NCBI GenBank assembly: GCA_041562555.1
Contig: JBFEXS010000015.1
Location: 1-32,321 of the forward strand
Length of the DNA: 32,321 nucleotides
Reading direction: 5' to 3'
Origin: Sulfurimonadaceae bacterium
GTDB lineage: Bacteria; Campylobacterota; Campylobacteria; Campylobacterales; Sulfurimonadaceae
Shown here: positions 1-8,490 of the stretch, in pieces
How positions within the stretch are numbered: position 1 is the stretch's first letter
How the letters are laid out: each line of letters starts with the position of its first letter
The notes under the pieces: generated by a model
Databases searched by the model: none
The model's input: only the letters and a program-made list of their open reading frames with translations
Told to the model about the DNA's origin: nothing
Translations under genes and position numbers: made by a program

Positions 1-388
1 ATGCAACAATACAACCAAAGATATATAACCAGAATGTGAACCAGTTAAGACGTGGGAAAGAAACATCTTTCGCACCGATCATCAATGGCATTACGATATT
101 TCCGAATACTGCAGGAATCCCTGGAATAATAAAAAGGAAAATCATAATCACACCATGCAGTGTAAACGCTTGATTAAACGTCTCTCCATCCATAATATCT
201 GCACCCGGTGCAAATAACTCAATTCTCATTGCAAGTGCTGTAAATACTGCAACAAAAAAGAAAGTGAACATCACTACCGCATACATAATACCGATACGTT
301 TGTGATCAATTGTCAACATCCACTGCCAGAAGGTACTTTTCGGATGACCTATCGCACAGTGAGTTTCGTCAAAATAACTTTTACTCAT
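1..388 (-). CDS. ctaD: Cytochrome c oxidase subunit I, A-family (aa3/caa3 type); N-terminal part only, runs off the left edge
   Basis: Not in the ORF track; translated by hand from ATG at 388 (RBS AAGGAGA at 395-401): MSKSYFDETHCAIGHPKSTFWQWMLTIDHKRIGIMY...FTLHGVIMIFLFIIPGIPAVFGNIVMPLMIGAKDVSFPRLN. The DHKRIG, TLHG and IGAxDVxFPRLN motifs are typical of A-type heme-copper oxidases. Confidence 0.95.
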   Translation of the reverse strand, partial: MSKSYFDETHCAIGHPKSTFWQWMLTIDHKRIGIMYAVVMFTFFFVAVFTALAMRIELFAPGADIMDGETFNQAFTLHGVIMIFLFIIPGIPAVFGNIVMPLMIGAKDVSFPRLNWFTFWLYIFGCIVA

Positions 389-392
389 TTAT

Positions 393-656
393 TTTCTCCT
401 TGATTTGATAACTTCTTTGCCACTTGTTCAAAGCTCATGACAAAAAAATCCAATACATGTTAGGACCCCTAAACAAGGTCTCAACATTAACCTTTAGAAC
501 CCTTATGAAGATTCTCCCTCTTCACCGGGGTTCTACCCGCGTTTACCTCTAAAGCTTTTGCAAGCTATACAGACAGCAAAAAGAATAAGTCGTTTAACCT
601 CTGGTTAGCTAACTTATTTTCTTTACTGTCTTGGCAAGGAACTATCGAAAAAGAAA
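393..656 (-). ncRNA. Candidate structured intercistronic cis-regulatory RNA between sco and ctaD
   Basis: Nested inverted repeats: closing stem 632-646 with 407-422, extension 648-656 with 393-401 (ctaD SD), hairpins 571-631, 495-535 and 457-487, and helix 553-564 with 423-435. Function is inferred, not known. Confidence 0.5.
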
Positions 657-658
657 GA

Positions 659-1453
659 CTACTTTTCCTCTTCTTCGTGTTTAACGACTTCTCTGTCGTC
701 TTCTTTTCTTCCGAGTCTTATCAGATAGACAAAGAAACCAAAAACGATCACCAACATAACGGTTGCAGCTATCTTTTCCCAGGCAAACACATATTTCTTG
801 CCAACCGGGTCATACGCGAAACAGTACAACAAGGTTTTAGCAATCGTTGGGCCCACTTTTCCTTGAGAGGCTTCTACTAAAGCCATCTTTACATCAAAAG
901 GCAGTTGGTCAATTCCATTAAGATAGCGTGTAACCTTCCCCTCTGGTGACAATACGATTAATGCTGCCGGGTGAATATAATCAACAACGCCTGCCGGTGA
1001 AACTGTTTTTTCATAGCTAAAGCCTACGTGATTTGCCAATACCGCCGATGAGTTGTTCTCTCCGATTAGAAAATGCCATGCATCTTGAACATATGCTCTT
1101 TCTATTGCATGTAAATGGTTCTTACGCTTTGCAGCAGCCAAAGCAGGAGTTTCATCTTCTGCGAAACTGATCGTCAAAACCTTATAATCTGTGTTTTCAG
1201 CCAGGTCCAATTGGCCCAATGTTCTTGAAAGATCATCCAATTGCGGCGTACAGATACCTGCGCATCTGAAATAATTAAGGGTAATAATCGTTGGTTTCCC
1301 ATCCATCATTTTCTTTAATGTAACACTCTCTCCCTTTTCATCCAGGAAAGTAAGGTCTAAGGGGACCATCTGGCCCAGTTTCTCGTCTACACCTAAAGGG
1401 TTCGCCGAAAGCAGTGTGGTAAGTGCACATAAAATGATTAAAAGTTTTTTCAT
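659..1453 (-). CDS. SCO/SenC family copper chaperone for cytochrome c oxidase assembly
   Basis: CxxxC motif (RCAGIC), conserved His (IHPAA), signal peptide, C-terminal LLYCFAYDP plus TM helix. Start moved to ATG 1453 (MKKLL) because GGAGA lies at 1464-1468. Confidence 0.92.
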   Translation of the reverse strand: MKKLLIILCALTTLLSANPLGVDEKLGQMVPLDLTFLDEKGESVTLKKMMDGKPTIITLNYFRCAGICTPQLDDLSRTLGQLDLAENTDYKVLTISFAEDETPALAAAKRKNHLHAIERAYVQDAWHFLIGENNSSAVLANHVGFSYEKTVSPAGVVDYIHPAALIVLSPEGKVTRYLNGIDQLPFDVKMALVEASQGKVGPTIAKTLLYCFAYDPVGKKYVFAWEKIAATVMLVIVFGFFVYLIRLGRKEDDREVVKHEEEEK

Positions 1454-1496
1454 AAAAATCGAATCTCCGTATCTATAAGTTTTCATAATTGAAGGG

Positions 1497-1502
1497 ATTT
1501 TA
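1497..1502 (-). promoter_or_regulatory. Putative sigma70 -10 box (TAAAAT) of the sco-ctaD operon
   Basis: TAAAAT about 45 nt upstream of the sco start, preceded by TTAAG as often seen in Campylobacterota promoters. Confidence 0.45.
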
Positions 1503-1568
1503 TGGTCTGTAAGCTTAATCGATTGTTAAAACATTAGTTTTCATTATGGCTAAAGAGTTTAGAATTAT

Positions 1569-1583
1569 TTATAATAATTATAA
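1569..1583. promoter_or_regulatory. Perfect 7-1-7 inverted repeat TTATAAT-A-ATTATAA (PerR/Fur-family box)
   Basis: Exact match to the Bacillus Per-box consensus TTATAATnATTATAA. The AT-rich context lowers significance. Confidence 0.5.
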
Positions 1584-2027
1584 TACCTATCGAGTTATAG
1601 TATATTCAAACCTGACATTCTCATTATTTTTTTTAATAGTAAAAAAAAATCATAAAAAAATCACAAACCCTGCAAACTCATTGTTCAGTGGGAATTTTCC
1701 AGCCACTGCCCTACAGTACGGATTATAATAAATTATTATCATGTTAAATTTTATTCAAATTCATGTGATTTTCAGTTAGATTAAAAAGAAGGGAAAATTG
1801 AAAATTTTTTTGCTTTTTTTTGAGAGTTTTGGTGATTTATTTTTATTAAAATAAAATCAATATGTTTCGTTTTTACATACTTTATTCAAATAAGTTTACT
1901 TTAATACTTTATGTTTCATGGTAATTTATATGCATTAACATTCAACTTTAATACTAATTAAAAACTATAAATTTAATTTTAGATTGTTGATTTTGATTTG
2001 TTGATTATCAGATATTTTTTTGAAGGA

Positions 2028-2104
2028 TGGTGTCAAGAGAGAGACTTGAACTCTCGACCTCCGGCTTATGAGACCAGCGCTCTAACCAGCTGAGCTACCT
2101 TGAC
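2028..2104 (-). tRNA. tRNA with CAT anticodon, probably elongator tRNA-Met
   Basis: GTCAAGGTAGCTCAGCTGGTTAGAGCGCTGGTCTCATAAGCCGGAGGTCGAGAGTTCAAGTCTCTCTCTTGACACCA: cloverleaf with encoded CCA. G1-C72 is paired and there is no GGG/CCC anticodon stem, so it is not the initiator. Ile2 is not strictly excluded. Confidence 0.93.
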
Positions 2105-2123
2105 ACGTTTTTAAGAGGGTGAA

Positions 2124-2129
2124 ATTATA
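2124..2129 (-). promoter_or_regulatory. -10 box (TATAAT) of tRNA-Met
   Basis: Consensus TATAAT about 20 nt upstream of the mature tRNA 5' end. Confidence 0.6.
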
Positions 2130-2196
2130 ACTGTCCGAAGCTTGTAGTTTCCTTTTATGCATCGTTTTTTTTACAATTTCTCCCTTTTATTTCAAT

Positions 2197-3921
2197 TTAC
2201 CTTATTTCTCTCCAGTCAAGCCGCATATCCCATGCATGTTTTTTCTCTATAGGCAAAACCTTTGTATGTACATCTATCGCTTGATGTACATTCTCTATCG
2301 GCTTTACATTACCTTCGCGTCCATATACAAAACTCTGCTCATCGACGATTACTTTATAGGCTTTGTTCATCTCTAGTGCACTGGCCTTGCTCGGAATAAT
2401 CAATTCATAGATAGAACTGACGGATGTCACCCTTGTCACATTCAATTCGTTTCCGTCATAGAAGCTATTATATATATCGTTAGCCGCTCTAAACTCGCTT
2501 CCTCCCCCAACGCGTTTCAGGTATTGAAGGATTTCACCTTCTGTTTCTCCTATATTAGGGGTATCCTTCATATCCTTAAGATCAATATATCCCCATCCTT
2601 TTGCTCCATCGACTTTTCGTACAAAGGAAAACACCTGATCAGACGTCGACCCAAGGTTTGTATGACATCCCATGCAATAAAATGTTTCTTCATAACTCTG
2701 CGGTCGAAGAGCCCCGTCTTGATCCTCTATAAACCCTTGAAGCCACCATCCCATTTTATTATCAATCCCTTTCTCTTCAAGACTACCGAAGAAAGGAGCA
2801 TTGTTCCCTTCCCACTTTTCCTGCCATTCATCATCATACATACCGGCCAAGACTGCTTTCGTCAATGGCATATTCTCATCTACATATGATCGTACCTTGA
2901 CCATATAGCGAAGTTCCTTCATCCTTTTTGCATTGAAGATATCACCTTGCGCATCGGACCCGATATACCTCACGGAATGTAAAAACTCCGTGTAACGCGG
3001 ATACAAGTATGTCTCTACGGGCATATATGATGCTGCACCGACATAATATTCGGGTCGCCTAATACTATCTACAATGCCTATCTCACCGTCTCCATTCATA
3101 TCAAGCCCGATGATACGCTCATCCAAATGCTTCACACTGATCTCGACTAGACCCTTTAATGCAGCCTCCGCAATAGCCAAATTGAATTGGTAGATATCTT
3201 TTACATATTCACCACTCATATCGCTGCGAAAAGGTTTTGCAAGACGTATCATCACATCATCTGTCGAACCGTTTACAGGCCAAAATGTACTGGGTAAGGG
3301 TTTATAATTGAATGCCACCCAATGACTGCCGTCTTTGGCGAATCCGTCTTCATCGAAGGCTGCAGCACCAAGCTGCAGGTTTGTTAAATCAGGAACATAT
3401 CCTACAAACCCCTTTTCCATGAGCATCTGGGTAAGTGGAGTATAATTATCACTGTTCACATAATCTTCGATCTCTTGATCACTGATCTGTGCTATTTTAT
3501 CCGACCTGTCTATGAAAAGGTTATCCCAATGGTTGGTCGTCGCGTACTCGGAGAAGATATATTTGTTCTGCAAGAATCCATCATTCATCTGGTTTGCTTT
3601 TTCACTATCCTCGCTCTTATCCTGATGACATATATAACATGGATTATATTGTTCATCATGCTTTGTGTAACACATGGAAGGGACTAAAGCTTCTTTATTG
3701 ACCATTGGCCATTGGGAATTACCTATATTGAATTGTGAAGGAAGTGTCCGTGTTTGATATAAACGTTCTACATAACTCAGCGAGTAGTTCACATCTTCGA
3801 CTTCAATGGATGTTTGAGGTTCATCCAAAGACATAGGCTCTTCTTGTTCACTGCTTTTTCCACATCCCATGACTCCCAAGACAATAAAGAGTACAAAGAG
3901 ATACCTGTATATGTTTTCCAT
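2197..3921 (-). CDS. Uncharacterised diheme cytochrome c lipoprotein
   Basis: Lipobox VMGC; two CXXCH motifs (CYICH at 3625-3639, CMGCH at 2662-2676); an extra Cys separated from heme motif 1 by 10 residues; DxNxDG Ca-binding-like loop (DMNGDG). Confidence 0.8.
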   Translation of the reverse strand: MENIYRYLFVLFIVLGVMGCGKSSEQEEPMSLDEPQTSIEVEDVNYSLSYVERLYQTRTLPSQFNIGNSQWPMVNKEALVPSMCYTKHDEQYNPCYICHQDKSEDSEKANQMNDGFLQNKYIFSEYATTNHWDNLFIDRSDKIAQISDQEIEDYVNSDNYTPLTQMLMEKGFVGYVPDLTNLQLGAAAFDEDGFAKDGSHWVAFNYKPLPSTFWPVNGSTDDVMIRLAKPFRSDMSGEYVKDIYQFNLAIAEAALKGLVEISVKHLDERIIGLDMNGDGEIGIVDSIRRPEYYVGAASYMPVETYLYPRYTEFLHSVRYIGSDAQGDIFNAKRMKELRYMVKVRSYVDENMPLTKAVLAGMYDDEWQEKWEGNNAPFFGSLEEKGIDNKMGWWLQGFIEDQDGALRPQSYEETFYCMGCHTNLGSTSDQVFSFVRKVDGAKGWGYIDLKDMKDTPNIGETEGEILQYLKRVGGGSEFRAANDIYNSFYDGNELNVTRVTSVSSIYELIIPSKASALEMNKAYKVIVDEQSFVYGREGNVKPIENVHQAIDVHTKVLPIEKKHAWDMRLDWREIR

Positions 3922-4025
3922 GTTTCCCCGTAGATATTGAATACAGATACTTTAACAAGGGTCTATTACAAGCTTATATCGGGGGTGTTACAATTGTATA
4001 GCATTTGCCGGAGGGTGAAGGTATG

Positions 4026-4050
4026 AAACCGACCCGGAGCCGGGTCAGTC
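4026..4050 (-). terminator. Probable intrinsic terminator after the PhoX-like gene
   Basis: GC-rich stem ACTGACCCG-GCTC-CGGGTCGGT with a short T run, about 10 nt after the stop codon. Confidence 0.55.
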
Positions 4051-4060
4051 AAGGTATGGA

Positions 4061-5545
4061 TTACCGCTCTGGGATCTCGAAGCCTTCGATCACGATAATA
4101 TCATCCGTTCTGTAATCATCGACAAGTGCCATTCCTGTATCATCAGAGTGTTGGATACTTAGGTAAGCCTTTGTCCCATCTGGTGAGAAGATAAACCCTG
4201 TAGGTTCAGCCGATTGATCTTTTACCGCAAGTAAACGGATACAACCGTCTGTCTTGATATCTCTGTCTGCACCATCTTTCAGACATGCCCAGATATCACC
4301 GTTTTTATGATCTTCTACACCATAGATGTCTCCTGTAATAGGATGGATCTCAAGACTGTCAACCGATGTGAACTCTTCATCACCTTCTAGAAAGCGATTG
4401 ACGATCGTCGTTGTACCGTCATTTACAAGGTTTAATGGATCCGTATCTACCGCACACATGATTTCGCCATAATGTTCAGCACTTTCATTACCTGTATTAG
4501 TCCAACAGAAACGTACTCCCTCACCCGTATATGTTGGGTCTTTATGTAGGTCTTCCGGACGATAGTATCCTGTTGCCTCATGTGCATCCGCATCTGCACG
4601 CGCAGTCGCAGCACTCACAGGTATCCATGTCGCATTTCCTACCTCACAACCTTGTCCGTATTGTGAAATACCATCTTTACACTGCACCTGCATCGCATAT
4701 ACGCTTCCGTTGTTCAACGGGGATTGAGAAAGATCGGAGATCATACCTCCTGCATATTCTACAGACGGCACGAATTTGAAGATAGATCCTCCATTTGCAT
4801 CCGGATTGGCCGTTCCTGGGCGAAGCTCGTCTCCTCCGATAACGACACCACTGTTGAGAACAGTCAGACCTTCCCAAGCCATAGTAGGCAGTGCATTATG
4901 TTTTACGATTTTAGTCGCCGGTGCACCGGTAGCATCTTCAATTGTTCCCGTAGCTCTGTCTCTTACCGTATGTTCTGATACATTCAACGGATCGATAATC
5001 TCATACGCTTGTCCCGTAGTTGTCTCTTCCGTCGCAAGAACCGTACCCCACGATGTAGTACGGATACCGTCACAACGCTCCATACCACGTAGGATAGTCT
5101 TGACTTCTCCTGTTTCCAAGTTCCAGCTTTGAACTGAAGGGTTCAACTTCCCTGCACCCAGGTCTTCAACTCCACCTTCAATACACGCGATAAGGTGTGT
5201 CGGGTTTGTAGCAGGATAAAAATTAAACAGATCCGCTTTGTTTGCTGCTTCACGCGTTAAGAAACGTGCACTTAGACCTTCTGCAAGATCAATCGCATCT
5301 AAAGGAGTACTCACATCTGCACGCGCGACATGATCAGTGAACCCTTCTTGTTTTGCCCCATCAAAACCAAAATACACTTTGGAGTTCTGATAAAGTTCGT
5401 TCTCTTTTTCCTTACCAAAATCATGTACATAAGCACTTGTATTCTGAGTGTCAACCTGTGGCGTTGTATTATCGTCTCCCCCGCAACCGATCAGGGTCAT
5501 TGTTGTTGCTGCCACTATGGACAAACCAAGTATTTTTTTATTCAT
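4061..5545 (-). CDS. PhoX/DUF839-like alkaline phosphatase-family lipoprotein (Cys-rich)
   Basis: Motifs RCDG..TSWGTVLATEE, WEG, GDE, RPED, VED, AEPTG and IQHS align by eye with PhoX metal-ligand motifs; lipobox LIGC. Start moved to ATG 5545 (MNKKIL), which follows AGGAAG. Confidence 0.8.
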   Translation of the reverse strand: MNKKILGLSIVAATTMTLIGCGGDDNTTPQVDTQNTSAYVHDFGKEKENELYQNSKVYFGFDGAKQEGFTDHVARADVSTPLDAIDLAEGLSARFLTREAANKADLFNFYPATNPTHLIACIEGGVEDLGAGKLNPSVQSWNLETGEVKTILRGMERCDGIRTTSWGTVLATEETTTGQAYEIIDPLNVSEHTVRDRATGTIEDATGAPATKIVKHNALPTMAWEGLTVLNSGVVIGGDELRPGTANPDANGGSIFKFVPSVEYAGGMISDLSQSPLNNGSVYAMQVQCKDGISQYGQGCEVGNATWIPVSAATARADADAHEATGYYRPEDLHKDPTYTGEGVRFCWTNTGNESAEHYGEIMCAVDTDPLNLVNDGTTTIVNRFLEGDEEFTSVDSLEIHPITGDIYGVEDHKNGDIWACLKDGADRDIKTDGCIRLLAVKDQSAEPTGFIFSPDGTKAYLSIQHSDDTGMALVDDYRTDDIIVIEGFEIPER

Positions 5546-5735
5546 CTGTTTCTTCCTTAATTTTGAAATCGCAGAATGATAAGATGCCTGCATTACACCA
5601 TCAATACCAAAAAGCTACACGATGAGAATATTTTGGAGACAAAACGGTTAAGTAAAGTAACAATACGGGAACAATATTCGAAACCTCCCTTATCAAGGGA
5701 TTTGTAGACTTATTATTATATTTGCACTAAAAAAA

Positions 5736-5756
5736 CCTTAGTCTATATGACTAAAA
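5736..5756. promoter_or_regulatory. HAIR-like HspR operator upstream of groES
   Basis: CCTTAGT-N7-ACTAAAA (core TTAGTC-N5-GACTAA) resembles the HAIR consensus CTTGAGT-N7-ACTCAAG and lies directly upstream of the -35 box. Confidence 0.7.
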
Positions 5757-5758
5757 CA

Positions 5759-5787
5759 TTGACATAGCACCGATAATTTTGTAGAAT
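5759..5787 (+). promoter_or_regulatory. sigma70 promoter of groESL
   Basis: TTGACA (5759-5764), 17-nt spacer, TAGAAT (5782-5787). Confidence 0.8.
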
Positions 5788-5818
5788 TCCGAACTATAAA
5801 AATAAAAAAGGAGAGACT

Positions 5819-6079
5819 ATGAACTTTCAACCATTAGGTAAACGTGTTTTAGTTGAGCGTGTTGAAGAAGCACAAACAACAGCTTCAGGAATCTATATAC
5901 CAGACAGTGCAAAAGAAAAGCCGTCTCAAGGCAAGGTACTTGCAGTTAGCAAGGAAGTCACAGAGGTCTCTGTAGATGACACTGTCGTGTTTGGTAAATA
6001 TTCAGGAAGTGAATTGACACTTGATGGAACAACTTATTTAGTAATCGAACTAGATGACCTACTTGGAATCATTAAATAA
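5819..6079 (+). CDS. groES: Co-chaperonin GroES
   Basis: [23 protein letters not shown] motifs; RBS AAGGAG; directly upstream of groEL. Confidence 0.98.
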   Translation: MNFQPLGKRVLVERVEEAQTTASGIYIPDSAKEKPSQGKVLAVSKEVTEVSVDDTVVFGKYSGSELTLDGTTYLVIELDDLLGIIK

Positions 6080-6094
6080 TTGAAACAATATTAA

Positions 6095-7744
<1,650 letters not shown>

Positions 7745-7754
7745 ACCCACTATT

Positions 7755-7777
7755 GAAACGACAGCAGTTGTCGTTTC
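7755..7777 (+). terminator. Hairpin downstream of groEL (terminator or stabiliser)
   Basis: GAAACGACA-GCAGT-TGTCGTTTC, a perfect 9-bp stem 10 nt after the stop; U-tail is weak. Confidence 0.5.
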
Positions 7778-7898
7778 TCTGGGCAAACCACTCCTGTTAT
7801 TTATAAAGAAACTCCATAGACGCCTTATTTTATCCTCCCTAAACTCCATCTCAACAAAATAGAGTACAATATCCTAATTTAATCCTTTAGGAAACTGC

Positions 7899-8414
7899 AT
7901 GAAAACACCTTTACTGTTTATTTTACTGACCCTTTCCACACTTCTTTATGCTGAGGATTACGATACCTTTATCGGTATCGAAGTGGGACGGACAACCCTT
8001 AATATAGAAGATGACATTTCAGATAATGGTATCAATTATGGCGCACGTATCGGATTTATCCGTGATACTGGTCGTGTATTCCTATCGCTAAACTCTGCCA
8101 CCTTGGATGATACGGATATTGTTTCTGCTGCATTCAATTTTGACGCCATCACACCCAGAGCTTACCGTTTTAATGAATACTTTTCTGTTCGTGCTTTTGT
8201 CGGGTTGCATGGTGGGTTTACCAAACACAGTCCTGATGTGTTAGATGACGATGAAGGTGTCATGGGCGGTGGGCAGGCAGGCTTGTTACTGGACTTTCCT
8301 GCGGACATCACACTCGAAGTTGGATACAAAGCGACCTGGGCTGACATCAATTATGGTCCCCTCCTCGTAGAGAATTGCCAAAACATCTATCTTGCATTTG
8401 ATTTTGTTTTTTAG
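7899..8414 (+). CDS. Small outer-membrane beta-barrel protein
   Basis: Signal peptide, alternating amphipathic strands, LEVGYK, C-terminal aromatic strand ending in Phe (YLAFDFVF). Confidence 0.7.
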   Translation: MKTPLLFILLTLSTLLYAEDYDTFIGIEVGRTTLNIEDDISDNGINYGARIGFIRDTGRVFLSLNSATLDDTDIVSAAFNFDAITPRAYRFNEYFSVRAFVGLHGGFTKHSPDVLDDDEGVMGGGQAGLLLDFPADITLEVGYKATWADINYGPLLVENCQNIYLAFDFVF

Positions 8415-8454
8415 GTGCTAAAGAGAGTACCTAAGCCCTCTTTATCCCTTCACC

Positions 8455-8463
8455 TGCTATACT
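8455..8463 (+). promoter_or_regulatory. Extended -10 (TGCTATACT) of the rpe operon
   Basis: TGn plus TATACT, 27 nt before the rpe ATG. Confidence 0.6.
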
Positions 8464-8490
8464 TTTACAATTTATTTTTCAAGGATTACT

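Noticed and set aside
1546..1728. 60-aa plus-strand ORF in the AT-rich spacer
   Set aside because: No SD, low-complexity A/T-tract sequence, and it overlaps regulatory palindromes; probably spurious.
1750..1891. TTATTCAAA repeats as DnaA boxes of an oriC
   Set aside because: Imperfect, few and dispersed; no dnaA gene is adjacent, whereas oriC flanks dnaA in this phylum.
1985..2012. TTGAT repeats as an FNR or IHF site
   Set aside because: Spacing does not fit TTGAT-N4-ATCAA, and IHF matches are imperfect in very AT-rich DNA.
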